From Clostridia bacterium (GTDB lineage Bacteria > Bacillota > Clostridia > UBA1212 > DUPL01), in the NCBI GenBank assembly GCA_050951325.1, contig JBMNIW010000009.1:30848-94847 (forward strand): DNA of 64,000 nt, written 5' to 3'. The first letter of the stretch is position 1; the number at the start of each line of letters is the position of its first letter. Below, piece after piece: positions 46,394 through 56,961 of the stretch. Both the position numbers and the translations under genes were made by a program. The notes beneath the pieces were generated by a model. That model worked only from the letters and a program-made list of their open reading frames with translations. It had not been told where the DNA came from and made no database searches.

Positions 46394-47658
46394 AGCTCAC
46401 CTTCTATAATCTTTACGCCATATTTCTCAGCTATTTTGATTATCTTGTCCATTTCACTCTTGTCAAAATCTGTTGTTAGATAAATATTAGGCAGATTTGG
46501 TGCTCTTCTAATCGCTTCCTCATAACCCTCTGCATTGTTGCACGCAATAATTACTTCCTTCTTCAAAATCCGCTGCAAGACAGCTACTGCATTGGCCATG
46601 TTCTTCCCATCATTTCCATAGATGCAGACCAAGTCATTTTCATCATCATCTGAAATGTCATAAGCCAAATCATAAAGGGAATCCTCATCCCATTCCTTGT
46701 GGTAGCATACCATTGGGTTCTTGTATACCACTTTCTCCTCCACATATTCAGCTCTCTTTATTGGAAGAATACCCTTTTCCTGCTCTTCTGAAAGCACTCT
46801 TATCATCTCCTGGATATGTAAGGGCGTGGTTCCGCAGCATCCTCCAATAATCTGTGCCCCGGCCTTTGCAAGTGCGAGACACTCATTGGCAAACTCTTCA
46901 GGACTTTGCTCAAACACTATCTGTCCATCCACATTCTTTGGAAGCCCGCAGTTGGGCTTTGCCAGTATTGGAAGATTGGTGCTCCTTGCCATTCTCTCAA
47001 TTATTGGCATCATTTTTTCAGCACCAAAACTGCAGTTTGCACCTAATGCGTTAACACCGAGTTTGCTTAACAGCTTGGCACATTCTTCAGGTGTGTTGCC
47101 CATTAAGGTCCTTCCGTTTTCCTCAAACGCCACGGTTGCATATATTGTAAGCTTTGTTTCCCTCTGCTCACTTAAGTCTTTCAAAGCCAAAACCGCAACC
47201 TTCATCTCATAAAGGTCCGTAAAGGTTTCAAGATGAAAAATTCTTGCACCAGCGGAAAAAGCGTAATCAGCCATTGTGTAAAAAAGGCTGTATGCCTCAT
47301 CAAAATCCATGTCTCCCGCAGGTTTCATCAGTTTGCCTATTGACCCTATCGAAAAGACCACATTGCAGCCTTCCCTTTCGGAGGCTGCCTTGGATGCCAA
47401 CTCAAACGCTTTGGTTATGATTTCCTTCTGCCTGTTTGCAAGATTGTTAAGCGTGAGGGTGTGGCCATTGGCTCCAAAAGTGTTTGTTTGAATAAAATCA
47501 CAACCTACATCCACATACGATTTTGCAAGCTCATAGACCACATCCGGATAAGTAAGTACCAGAGCCTCTGGAAAGTCTTTAAAACCAGATTGAATAAACA
47601 TGGTTCCTTTGGAACCATCGTAGAAGTATATTCTGTCATCTAAAAGCACAACAGCCAC
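46390..47658 (-). CDS. Homocysteine S-methyltransferase domain protein (split MetH-like)
   Basis: DGSKGT, QTNTFGAN, ETF.D, GANCS, KPNCGLP, IGGCCGTTP.HI; divergent C-terminal extension. Confidence 0.8.
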   Translation of the reverse strand: MAVVLLDDRIYFYDGSKGTMFIQSGFKDFPEALVLTYPDVVYELAKSYVDVGCDFIQTNTFGANGHTLTLNNLANRQKEIITKAFELASKAASEREGCNVVFSIGSIGKLMKPAGDMDFDEAYSLFYTMADYAFSAGARIFHLETFTDLYEMKVAVLALKDLSEQRETKLTIYATVAFEENGRTLMGNTPEECAKLLSKLGVNALGANCSFGAEKMMPIIERMARSTNLPILAKPNCGLPKNVDGQIVFEQSPEEFANECLALAKAGAQIIGGCCGTTPLHIQEMIRVLSEEQEKGILPIKRAEYVEEKVVYKNPMVCYHKEWDEDSLYDLAYDISDDDENDLVCIYGNDGKNMANAVAVLQRILKKEVIIACNNAEGYEEAIRRAPNLPNIYLTTDFDKSEMDKIIKIAEKYGVKIIEGEL

Positions 47659-47668
47659 CTCTCTTGAA

Positions 47669-48013
47669 CTATACTATTTTGGCTCCCATCTTTCCACCAG
47701 CCAGTATATGGTAGTGAAGATGGGGAACTGTCTGCAGTGCATCCTTGCCGCAGTTGTTTATTACACGGAAGCCGTTTTCAGTTATGCCCAGCTCCCTTGC
47801 AATATTGGCAATTGCCAGTTGTATACCTCCCACAAACTCCTTGTCCTCTTCCTTAAACTCCAAAATGCTGGCAACATGCCTTTTAGCCGCCACAACTATG
47901 TGTACTGGCATTTGAGGACTGATGTCGTGGAATGCAACACAATATTCATCTTCGTACACCTTTTTTGCAGGTGCCTCTCCATTAATTATCTTGCAAAAGA
48001 TACAATCTGCCAT
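47669..48013 (-). CDS. Histidine triad nucleotide-binding protein (Hint)
   Basis: DCIFCKI, AFHDISPQ.PVH, QTVPHLHYHILAG. Confidence 0.93.
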   Translation of the reverse strand: MADCIFCKIINGEAPAKKVYEDEYCVAFHDISPQMPVHIVVAAKRHVASILEFKEEDKEFVGGIQLAIANIARELGITENGFRVINNCGKDALQTVPHLHYHILAGGKMGAKIV

Positions 48014-48028
48014 AACAATCCCTCCTGA

Positions 48029-50677
48029 TTAATTAAGCTGTTTCCTGAATATATCTTCAACACTGGCAAGCATTTTATCAATAGCGCTTGCATCCTTGCC
48101 GCCAGCCTGAGCCATATCCTTGCGTCCTCCGCCTCCACCCTTGCACATGGAAGCTGCTTCTTTTACTATTCTACCACAATCTACACCTTTTTGTACTGCT
48201 GATTTGGTAGCTGCACAAACAATGCTAACCTTGTCATCAAGGCCGGAGGCAAGCAGAACAAAGCCCGCATCCATTTTGTCTCTCAAATTGTCAGCAAGCT
48301 CCCTCAAGGAGTTTGCATCAAGCATGTCAAATCTACCGGTCGCAACGGTTATACCGTTTATATCCTTTGCATTCTTAAGAACATCATCGCTGGAACCAAG
48401 AGCTATTTTCTTCTTGAGTTCACTAATTTCCCTGGACAAAACCTTATTTTCCTCAACAAGGCTTTCCACCTTTGCATAAGTGTCATGTACCGCAGTCTTC
48501 AAAGTACCCGAAATATTCTCAAGGATATTCAAATTATTTACAAGATACTCTCTAGCACCGCTTCCAGTATATACTTCAATTCTTCTTATACCTGCTGCAA
48601 CAGCGCCTTCATGAACAATTTTAGCAAGACCTATGCTTGAAGTGTACTTTACATGGGTTCCTCCACAAAGCTCTTTTGAAAAATCACCCATGCTTACAAC
48701 CCTTACACTATCGCCGTACTTTTCATCGAACAAGGCTTCAGCACCGGACTTCATTGCCTCGTCCATGGACATTATATCGGTTTTAACCTCCATGCCTTTA
48801 TCGATATGGCTGTTAACTATATCTTCTATCATCTGAAGTTCTTCTTTGGTAAGAGCCTTCATATGGTTGAAGTCAAACCTGAGTCTCTTGGCATTGACAC
48901 TGGAACCTGCCTGATGCACATGTTCTCCCAATACCATCTTTAACGCCTTGTGAAGAAGATGCGTGCAGCTGTGATTCCTTTCAGTAGCCCTTCTGTTTGT
49001 CACATCCACCTTGAGCTGGCTTCCCTGACCCTTTGTAACAACGCCATCCTCAACAACACCGATATGCCTCCATCTGTCGTCGGTCTTGACAGTATCCAGA
49101 ACTTTCACCAATCCTGTTTCTGTGGATATGACACCAATATCTCCTTCCTGTCCACCGCTTTCAGCATAAAATGGAGTCTTCTCAGTCAAGATTATAACGC
49201 TCATGCCGCTGTCTGCCTGCTCAACTTCTTCCATGCCTTCATCAGACTTTGCAAAAATGGCGAGTATGTTGGATGTGCATTCATCCACGTCATATCCTAC
49301 AAACTCTGTCTTTGGGTATTTGCTTAAAGCTTTAGCATCTCCCATCTGCCAAGAGCTTTCTCTGTTCATTATAGCGGCTCTTGCCTTCTCCTTTTGAGCC
49401 TCCATTTCCTTTCTAAAACCGTCCACGTCTACGTCAAAACCATGTTCTGACATAATATCCTGTGTGAGAGACAAAGGAAATCCATAAGTGTCATGCAGCT
49501 TGAAGGCGGTTTCTCCACTTAAAGGAGACTTGTCATTTTGCTCATTCTTCTCATTTATTATTTCTTCAAGCATGGAAAGGCCCTGATTGATGGTGCTTGC
49601 AAATCTATCTTCCTCTGCCTGAATTATCTGCTTGATATATTTTCTATTGGTCTCAAGTTCTGGATAGGCTTCCTTGGACTCGTCCACAACTGTATCAGCC
49701 AAATTGCATAGGAAGATGCCTTCTATACCCAGCATGCGTCCATGACGGGCAGCACCTCTTAAAAGCCTTCTAAGCACATATCCTCTGCCTTCGTTTGAAG
49801 GAATAACACCATCGGACACCATCATTACAGTGCTTCTAATGTGATCGGTGATAACTCTTATGGAAACATCGGTCTTGTAGTCCTTTCCATACTCCTTGCC
49901 TGCCATTTTACAGACCGTATCCAGTATTCTTCTTACTGTATCAACTTCAAACAGGTTGTCTACACCCTGCATTACGCATGCAAGCCTTTCAAGTCCCATT
50001 CCCGTGTCAATATTGGGATTTGGAAGCTTTTCATACGTTCCGTCAACCTGCTTGTCAAACTGGGTGAATACAAGATTCCAAATTTCAATATATCTATCAC
50101 AGTCACATCCTACCGTGCAGTCCACTTTACCACATCCATACTTTTCTCCACGGTCAAAATGTATTTCAGAGCATGGACCGCATGGACCTGTTCCCAACTC
50201 CCAGAAGTTTGAGTCTTTATCAAGACGGACAACCTTCTCTTCAGGAAGTCCTATTTCCTTTGTCCAAATGTCGTAAGCTTCGTCATCCTCAAGATAAACG
50301 GACGCATAAAGTTTCTCTTTGGGAATTTCCAATACTTCAGTTAGAAACTCCCATGCCCAGTTTATTGCTTCTTTTTTGAAATAGTCGCCAAAAGAGAAGT
50401 TGCCAAGCATCTCAAAGAAAGTTCCATGTCTAGCAGTTTTTCCCACATTGTCTATATCAGGAGTTCTTATGCACTTCTGACATGTGGTTATTCTTTTTGA
50501 TGGTGGAGTTTCTATCCCCATAAAGTAGTTTTTGAGCGGTGCCATTCCCGCATTTATTAATAAAAGGCTTGGGTCATTCTTTGGTATAAGTGAAAAGCTA
50601 GGTAATCTTAAATGCTCCTTGCTTTCAAAAAATGATAAATATTTTTCTCTCAACTCGTTTAATCCATAATTCTTCAT
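48029..50677 (-). CDS. alaS: Alanyl-tRNA synthetase
   Basis: NAGM, QKCIRT, HGTFFEMLGNFSFGDYFK, GPCGPCSE, DTGMGLER, ELCGGTH, GGGGR. Confidence 0.98.
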   Translation of the reverse strand: MKNYGLNELREKYLSFFESKEHLRLPSFSLIPKNDPSLLLINAGMAPLKNYFMGIETPPSKRITTCQKCIRTPDIDNVGKTARHGTFFEMLGNFSFGDYFKKEAINWAWEFLTEVLEIPKEKLYASVYLEDDEAYDIWTKEIGLPEEKVVRLDKDSNFWELGTGPCGPCSEIHFDRGEKYGCGKVDCTVGCDCDRYIEIWNLVFTQFDKQVDGTYEKLPNPNIDTGMGLERLACVMQGVDNLFEVDTVRRILDTVCKMAGKEYGKDYKTDVSIRVITDHIRSTVMMVSDGVIPSNEGRGYVLRRLLRGAARHGRMLGIEGIFLCNLADTVVDESKEAYPELETNRKYIKQIIQAEEDRFASTINQGLSMLEEIINEKNEQNDKSPLSGETAFKLHDTYGFPLSLTQDIMSEHGFDVDVDGFRKEMEAQKEKARAAIMNRESSWQMGDAKALSKYPKTEFVGYDVDECTSNILAIFAKSDEGMEEVEQADSGMSVIILTEKTPFYAESGGQEGDIGVISTETGLVKVLDTVKTDDRWRHIGVVEDGVVTKGQGSQLKVDVTNRRATERNHSCTHLLHKALKMVLGEHVHQAGSSVNAKRLRFDFNHMKALTKEELQMIEDIVNSHIDKGMEVKTDIMSMDEAMKSGAEALFDEKYGDSVRVVSMGDFSKELCGGTHVKYTSSIGLAKIVHEGAVAAGIRRIEVYTGSGAREYLVNNLNILENISGTLKTAVHDTYAKVESLVEENKVLSREISELKKKIALGSSDDVLKNAKDINGITVATGRFDMLDANSLRELADNLRDKMDAGFVLLASGLDDKVSIVCAATKSAVQKGVDCGRIVKEAASMCKGGGGGRKDMAQAGGKDASAIDKMLASVEDIFRKQLN

Positions 50678-50721
50678 GCTATCTGTATCTCCTTTATCTT
50701 AAGCTTTCAAGCTATTGAATA

Positions 50722-50750
50722 ATTATATTACCACAACTTGTTTATGTCAA
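50722..50750 (-). promoter_or_regulatory. Consensus sigmaA promoter of alaS
   Basis: TTGACA, 17 bp, TATAAT, about 45 nt upstream of the ATG. Confidence 0.8.
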
Positions 50751-50825
50751 TTATTGCAACGATTTTGGCAATTTCCATGGATAATATTTGAACAATTACA
50801 AATACTATTGCAGGAGGTGTTTAAA

Positions 50826-51278
50826 TTGACAATAACTTTAACTCAAAAAGAACGAATGCTGCTTGAAGATTTGAAGAGCAGTGAGGAAATCTGTGTAGTA
50901 AAGTATGCAAATTATGCAAGCCTTGCACAGGACAAGCAATTAAAAACACTGTTTGAAAACCATGCAAAACTTGAACAGCAGCATTTAAATACGGTCAACA
51001 GCCTTTTGAGTGGACAGATTCCGCCAATGAGTCAACAGAACAACGTACAGCAGCCGCAAGGAGACGAAAATGCGTCTCTATCAATTTCTGACAAGGAGCT
51101 CTGTACGGACATGTTGATGACGGAAAAACATGTCTCCAGCACTTACAATACCGCCATTTTTGAATTCGCCGATAAAAGGGTGAGAGATATTCTCAACCAT
51201 ATCCAAAAGGAAGAGCAGCAGCACGGTGAAGCCATTTTCAAGTATATGGAGACAAAAGGCTTGTACCAGCCACAGTAA
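50826..51278 (+). CDS. Ferritin-like spore-coat (CotF-like) protein
   Basis: LTQKE..LLEDL..E..C..KY..A.D.QLK..E..H; D.L.TEK..S.YNTAIFE..HIQKEEQQH; TTG start behind AGGAGG. Confidence 0.7.
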   Translation: MTITLTQKERMLLEDLKSSEEICVVKYANYASLAQDKQLKTLFENHAKLEQQHLNTVNSLLSGQIPPMSQQNNVQQPQGDENASLSISDKELCTDMLMTEKHVSSTYNTAIFEFADKRVRDILNHIQKEEQQHGEAIFKYMETKGLYQPQ

Positions 51279-51280
51279 AT

Positions 51281-51305
51281 ATGGGAAGGTTCTACCCTTC
51301 CCATT
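51281..51305 (+). terminator. Hairpin after cotF-like gene
   Basis: ATGGGAAGG-TTCTAC-CCTTCCCAT; weak U-tract. Confidence 0.5.
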
Positions 51306-51378
51306 ACATAAACTTATTGACAACCAGCAAATAAGTGTCATATTATACAATCATAAGAAATTTCAGGCAGGTGTATAT

Positions 51379-51714
51379 ATGAAACTGGTTGTTGTCGTTC
51401 TCAGTGAAGATTCAAGGCTACAGGCTCTGCTTCAAGGCTTAGTTGAAAACGGTATCAAGGGAGCCACAATTATAAGTTCCCAGGGATTGGCAAGGGCTTT
51501 GGAGGATGCCGAAGATTATTCTTTTCTTGGCTCTATTAAAGCTTTTCTTGATCCGCAGCAGTATGGCAGCACTGTCTTTTCCGTTATACAAGATAATCAG
51601 GTTGAACTGGTCTCAAAAGCCATAAAACAGACTGTTGGCGACCTGAGTCAACCTGATATGGGTATAATGTTCACTATTCCTGTTGATTATGTGGAAGGCA
51701 TTAGATTCGACTAG
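51379..51714 (+). CDS. P-II-like signal transduction protein
   Basis: MKLVVVV..GIKGATII.S.G..GIMFTIPVDYVEG; promoter TTGACA-18-TATTAT at 51317-51346. Confidence 0.7.
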   Translation: MKLVVVVLSEDSRLQALLQGLVENGIKGATIISSQGLARALEDAEDYSFLGSIKAFLDPQQYGSTVFSVIQDNQVELVSKAIKQTVGDLSQPDMGIMFTIPVDYVEGIRFD

Positions 51715-52973
51715 ACAAACTTCCTTCCAATATCCTTTCTGTAGTACATATCCTTGAAAGATATGTGCGCAGATGCCTTGTATGCCCTTAAAATGGCTTC
51801 TTCCAAGGTTTTACCGAGAGCCGTTACTCCGAGGACCCGGCCACCTGCTGTCACGCACTTGTCAATGCCGCCGGTGCCGGCATGGAACACATAGGCTCCC
51901 ACTCTTTCGGCCTGTTCAACTCCGAAGATTTCATATCCTGTTTCATACTTCCCGGGATACCCTCCGGATGCAAGAACCACACAACAGGCCTTTTCCTTCT
52001 TCCACTTTATTTCCATGCCATCGAGTCTTCTCTCGACAATGGCATCAAATATCTCATACAGATCGCTGTCAAGTCTGGCAAGAACGCATTGAGCTTCTGG
52101 ATCTCCAAATCTTGCATTGTATTCAATAACCTTTGGACCATCCTTGGTTATCATCAGGCCAAAATATATTACGCCTTTGTATACAATGCCCTCTTTATTC
52201 AACGCCTCCAATGTTGGCATGAAGATGTCTCTCATGCAGATTTCTGCAACTTCCTCCGAATATACAGGGCTTGGAGAGAACGCTCCCATTCCACCGGTAT
52301 TTGGGCCCTCGTCATTGTCATAAGCTCTCTTATGATCCTGTGAGGATACCATGGGAACCAATGTTTTTCCATCGGTAAAAGCAAGCACGGTCACTTCAGG
52401 TCCAGTCAGATACTCTTCAATAACTATCTTTGTACCTGATGCGCCAAACTTCTTGTTCTCCATCATTGAGACAATTGCATATTCTGCGCTTTCAAAATCG
52501 TGCGCAATAATGACACCTTTACCCAGGGCAAGACCGTCTGCTTTTACAACCACGGGGTATGTATCCATTTCCTTAACAAAGGAAACAGCACTCTCACTGT
52601 CTTCAAAAGTCTCATATCTGGCCGTTGGAATGTTGTACTTTTTCATAAGATTCTTTGCAAAAATCTTGCTGGATTCAATCCTTGCAGCATCCTTGCAAGG
52701 ACCAAAGGCCCTTATTCCTCCTTTTTCAAGGTAATCCACCATTCCGTCAGCCAGAGGGTCGTCCGGAGAAACAACAACCATATCTATATTATTCTTTAGT
52801 GAAAAATCAAGTATTCCTTCCTTGTCCATCACTTTGAGCGGAACAGATTCGGCAAGCTTTCGGGTGCCGAAGTTGCCTGGTGCGCAATACAATTTTGTAA
52901 CCTTCTCACTTTGAGAAAGCTTGTACAAAATGGCGTGTTCTCTTCCGCCACCGCCTACAACCAATACTTTCAT
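51711..52973 (-). CDS. purD: Phosphoribosylamine-glycine ligase
   Basis: VGGGGREHA, APGN, KADGLALGKGV, QDHKR, GPNTGGMG, EYNARFGDPE, GGRVL. Confidence 0.97.
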   Translation of the reverse strand: MKVLVVGGGGREHAILYKLSQSEKVTKLYCAPGNFGTRKLAESVPLKVMDKEGILDFSLKNNIDMVVVSPDDPLADGMVDYLEKGGIRAFGPCKDAARIESSKIFAKNLMKKYNIPTARYETFEDSESAVSFVKEMDTYPVVVKADGLALGKGVIIAHDFESAEYAIVSMMENKKFGASGTKIVIEEYLTGPEVTVLAFTDGKTLVPMVSSQDHKRAYDNDEGPNTGGMGAFSPSPVYSEEVAEICMRDIFMPTLEALNKEGIVYKGVIYFGLMITKDGPKVIEYNARFGDPEAQCVLARLDSDLYEIFDAIVERRLDGMEIKWKKEKACCVVLASGGYPGKYETGYEIFGVEQAERVGAYVFHAGTGGIDKCVTAGGRVLGVTALGKTLEEAILRAYKASAHISFKDMYYRKDIGRKFV

Positions 52974-52997
52974 CTTACTACTCCTTAGTGCTACGTA

Positions 52998-54557
52998 TTA
53001 GTGGCAAAAATGTCTTATTCCCGTAAATACCATTGCAATACCATATTTATTGCATGCATCTATTGAAAGCTGATCGTTCTTGGATCCGCCCGGCTGCATG
53101 ATTGCTTTTATCCCAGCCTCGTGGCATGCTTCAACACAGTCAGGGAATGGGAAGAATCCATCCGATGCCACAACGGCACCTTCTGTTCTGTCTCCTGCAT
53201 AACCAAGAGCGATATTGAGAGCTCCAATTCTATTGGTTTGACCGGGGCCAATTCCAATAGTGGAACCATTCTTTGCAATGACTATTGCATTGGACTTAAC
53301 ATGCTTTACAACCTTCATTGCAAAGAGCATGTCATGCATTTGCTTTTCGGTAGGCTGAACTTCCGTTACAACTTGCAGCTTATCCATATCAACAACAATA
53401 TTGTCAGCTTCCTGAATCAAAAGCCCTCCATGAACCTTCTTCAAGTCATAGTTGTATACGGGCATGTCTATATCAGGCAATGTGAGAATTCTGATATTCT
53501 TTTTCTCTTCAATAATGAACAGGGCTTCAGGTGTAAAGGACGGAGCAATAACGATTTCAAGGAAAATCTTGCTCATCTCCCTTGCCGTTTCCTCATCCAC
53601 TTCCCTATTGGTGGCAACTATTCCACCAAAAATTGAAACTGGATCGGATTCGTATGCATTATTAAATGCCTCCAGAACAGTCTCTCCTGTACCAACACCA
53701 CAGGGATTTGCGTGTTTTACAGCAACCACGGCACACTCGCCATTGAATTCCTTTAAAATGCTTATTGCAGCATTTGCGTCATTAATATTGTTGTATGATA
53801 AAGGAATTCCGTGCAGTTGTTTTGCATGGGCAATAGTTCCAGTTTGCAAAATTGGAGTTCTGTAGAATGCAGCTTTCTGATGAGGATTCTCACCATACCT
53901 CATTTCCTGCGCCAGGTCATAAGGCAGGGTCAAAATACTCTTTATGGAGTTGTCCTTTCTCTGGACATTCATAAAGTTTGCAATCAGCGAATCATAATAG
54001 CTGGTGTGCTCAAAGGCCTTTGTACAAAGTTCAAACCTTGTATCATAAGTAACATCACCATGTTCATCCATCTCTTCAATTACCCTGTCGTAATCGTTAG
54101 GGTCAATAAGCACTACAACTCCTTCAAAGTTCTTAGCGCTTGAACGAAGAATCGATGGCCCTCCAATATCAATATTCTCGATTGCTTCTGCCAGAGTTAC
54201 ATTCTTTTGCTCGATTGTGTCTTTGAAAGGATAAAGATTGACGACAACCAAGTCAATCGGTTCAATTCCCAACTCTTCCAACTGTTTGAGATGATCAGGA
54301 TTCTTTCTGTCCGCCAACAACGCCGCATGAATGTTTGGGTGCAGTGTTTTCACCCTGCCGTCCAGACATTCGGGGAAATTTGTAACTTCCGATATGCCCA
54401 TTACACTTATCCCAGCTTCTGCGAGTACCTTGTGTGTACCTCCTGTAGAAATAATGCTTACACCTCTGTCTTCCAGCTGCTTTGCAAAATCTACAATCCC
54501 TGTTTTGTCTGATACACTGATTAATGCTCTTCGTATCATCACACTCTCCCTTTCCAC
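52998..54557 (-). CDS. purH: AICAR transformylase / IMP cyclohydrolase
   Basis: [50 protein letters not shown]; start may be ATG 54539. Confidence 0.97.
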   Translation of the reverse strand: MERESVMIRRALISVSDKTGIVDFAKQLEDRGVSIISTGGTHKVLAEAGISVMGISEVTNFPECLDGRVKTLHPNIHAALLADRKNPDHLKQLEELGIEPIDLVVVNLYPFKDTIEQKNVTLAEAIENIDIGGPSILRSSAKNFEGVVVLIDPNDYDRVIEEMDEHGDVTYDTRFELCTKAFEHTSYYDSLIANFMNVQRKDNSIKSILTLPYDLAQEMRYGENPHQKAAFYRTPILQTGTIAHAKQLHGIPLSYNNINDANAAISILKEFNGECAVVAVKHANPCGVGTGETVLEAFNNAYESDPVSIFGGIVATNREVDEETAREMSKIFLEIVIAPSFTPEALFIIEEKKNIRILTLPDIDMPVYNYDLKKVHGGLLIQEADNIVVDMDKLQVVTEVQPTEKQMHDMLFAMKVVKHVKSNAIVIAKNGSTIGIGPGQTNRIGALNIALGYAGDRTEGAVVASDGFFPFPDCVEACHEAGIKAIMQPGGSKNDQLSIDACNKYGIAMVFTGIRHFCH

Positions 54558-54574
54558 ATCACTAAAAGTTTTGT

Positions 54575-55198
54575 TTAATCTATATACACTTTCCTGTCTG
54601 CAATTTTAACCCTGTTCTCGGATATAAGTTTTATCGCTTTGGGAAGAATCTCCCACTCAGCCTCCTCCATTACTCTCTTCTGTAAAGTTTCCGGTGTATC
54701 ATCCTGGTTAACATACACCGGCTTTTGTAGAATTATGGGACCTGTGTCGGTTCCTTTGTCCACAAAGTGGACGGTTGCTCCTGTTACCTTGACCCCGTAT
54801 TCCAGTGCGGCTATATGGGGCTTCAACCCGTAATATCCTTTTCCGCAGAAGGAAGGTATCAGGGACGGATGTATATTGATTATTTTGTTCTCAAATGCCG
54901 TAATAAATTCTTCTCCCAAAATGCTCATAAATCCTGCAAGTACAACCAAGTCAACATCATATGATTTTAAGTGGCTTGTCAATGCCTTGTCATAGTCTAT
55001 AACGGAATCATAATCCTTTCTTGGAATGCAAATTGCAGGTATGTTGTGCTTTCTAGCACGTTTCAGCGCATAAGCTTTCTCGTTACTTGATACTACTGTG
55101 ACTATTCTGCAATTGGAAAGGTATCCGGATTCAATTTTATCAAAAATTGCCTGGAGATTTGTACCTCCTCCGGATACCAAAACACCTACTCTCAACAT
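54575..55198 (-). CDS. purN: Phosphoribosylglycinamide formyltransferase
   Basis: [34 protein letters not shown]. Confidence 0.97.
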   Translation of the reverse strand: MLRVGVLVSGGGTNLQAIFDKIESGYLSNCRIVTVVSSNEKAYALKRARKHNIPAICIPRKDYDSVIDYDKALTSHLKSYDVDLVVLAGFMSILGEEFITAFENKIINIHPSLIPSFCGKGYYGLKPHIAALEYGVKVTGATVHFVDKGTDTGPIILQKPVYVNQDDTPETLQKRVMEEAEWEILPKAIKLISENRVKIADRKVYID

Positions 55199-56292
55199 AT
55201 CAGCACACCATTTTTATATAGGACTTCATATTCCATCTTTTCTTCATCTGAGGATTCATCAAGACCATACTCTTCTTCAAGTTTTGCCTTGTCCATGTTT
55301 TTTACCTCGCCTATTACAAAAGCCCTTTCCCCGATTTCCTCAAGGTAGGCCATTACTTTATCCACATCCTTGGCATCAACAGCCATGCAAAGACCAATAC
55401 CCATGTTGAAGGTATTAAACATCTCAGGCTCGGTTACATGACCAAGTCTTTGAATCATTCCAAATATTGGAAGAACGTCCCATGAACCCTTGTTAATGTG
55501 GTAAACCACGTCATTTGCACTCATTCTTGGAATATTCTCAAAGAATCCTCCACCTGTAATATGGGAGATGCCTTTGACATTGAACTTTTCAATCATATCC
55601 AGGACAGTCTTTACATAAATCCTGGTAGGTCTTAAAAGTTCTTCCGCCAATGTGCAGTTTAACGCTGTGACAAACTCATTCATTCTCTCAAAGCTTGGAT
55701 TAAACACTTTCCTTACAAGAGAATATCCGTTGCTGTGAAGACCGGACGATGCCAAGCCTATCAGTTTGTCCCCCGCCTTTATATCTTTTCCATTAATGAT
55801 TTTAGACTTGGAGACAACTCCGACAGCAAAACCAGCTATTTCAAACTCCCTGTTGTTGTAGAATCCGGGCATTTCAGCAGTTTCTCCGCCTATCAGCGCA
55901 CAACCTGCCTGAACACATCCATCGGCTACGCCTTTGACAATATCCGCAATAACCGCAGGCTGATTCTTGCCCACTGCGATATAGTCGAGGAAATACAGAG
56001 GCTCTGCGCCGCTGCACACTATGTCGTTGACGCACATGGCAACGCAGTCGATTCCTATAGTATCTACCTTGTTCATTATAAAGGCGATTCTGAGCTTGGT
56101 ACCAACGCCATCAGTGCCGGAAACCAGTACGGGTTCCTCGTACTTGCTTAAATCCAGCTGAAACAGTGCACCAAAACCGCCTATATCGGAAATGACCTCA
56201 GGCCTGTAGGTGCGCTTTACATGATCTTTCATCAATCTAACAGCCTCATAACCCGCCTCAATATCAACGCCTGCATCTCTGTAACTACTCAT
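55192..56292 (-). CDS. purM: AIR synthetase
   Basis: [55 protein letters not shown]. Confidence 0.97.
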   Translation of the reverse strand: MSSYRDAGVDIEAGYEAVRLMKDHVKRTYRPEVISDIGGFGALFQLDLSKYEEPVLVSGTDGVGTKLRIAFIMNKVDTIGIDCVAMCVNDIVCSGAEPLYFLDYIAVGKNQPAVIADIVKGVADGCVQAGCALIGGETAEMPGFYNNREFEIAGFAVGVVSKSKIINGKDIKAGDKLIGLASSGLHSNGYSLVRKVFNPSFERMNEFVTALNCTLAEELLRPTRIYVKTVLDMIEKFNVKGISHITGGGFFENIPRMSANDVVYHINKGSWDVLPIFGMIQRLGHVTEPEMFNTFNMGIGLCMAVDAKDVDKVMAYLEEIGERAFVIGEVKNMDKAKLEEEYGLDESSDEEKMEYEVLYKNGVLIC

Positions 56293-56301
56293 GTTTCCTC
56301 C

Positions 56302-56805
56302 TTAAAGATCAGCTATCTTTTGTTGTAGAGCATTGTTTTTCTCTTCAACCTTCTTTTTCATTTCATTCTTGTATTCCAAAAGAACCTTCTTAAGATTATC
56401 ATATTTCAGCGACAATATTTCACATGCAAGAATTCCCGCATTCAATGCGCCGTTTATTGCAACACTGGCTACTGGAATACCTGGCGGCATTTGAACTATG
56501 GACAACAAAGCGTCCATTCCATCCAATTCTCCACTAACGATGGGAACACCTATAACAGGAAGAGTTGTATACGCCGCTATCACACCAGGCAAATGCGCTG
56601 CCTTGCCTGCTGCGGCAATAATTGCGTCAAAACCGTTTTCAATTGCGTTTTTGGCGAGATTTGCAGCTTCATCAGGTGTTCTGTGGGCTGAACACACCAT
56701 GCATTCAAAGCCGATTTCGAATTTTCTTAGAATTTTGAGACAACTTTTCATAATTTCATAATCAGAATCACTGCCCATTACAACCAGCACTTTTGGTTCA
56801 GCCAT
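56302..56805 (-). CDS. purE: N5-CAIR mutase / AIR carboxylase
   Basis: MGSDSD, SAHRTP, AAHLPG, PVIGVP, SIVQMP.G.PVA. Confidence 0.97.
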   Translation of the reverse strand: MAEPKVLVVMGSDSDYEIMKSCLKILRKFEIGFECMVCSAHRTPDEAANLAKNAIENGFDAIIAAAGKAAHLPGVIAAYTTLPVIGVPIVSGELDGMDALLSIVQMPPGIPVASVAINGALNAGILACEILSLKYDNLKKVLLEYKNEMKKKVEEKNNALQQKIADL

Positions 56806-56864
56806 TTGTTATCCTCCGATTTGGTATGAAATAACGGATACGGAATAATTCCGAATCCGCTGTC

Positions 56865-56893
56865 ATTATAGCATAGCATTTTTTTGTTTGCAA
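56865..56893 (-). promoter_or_regulatory. Extended -10 sigmaA promoter of pur operon
   Basis: TTGCAA, 17 bp, TG-C-TATAAT. Confidence 0.75.
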
Positions 56894-56961
56894 GAATGTT
56901 ATAGACCTAAGCTATGTATAAAATGCAACTAAAAAATTTTGAAACTCAATATTTCTTTAAT

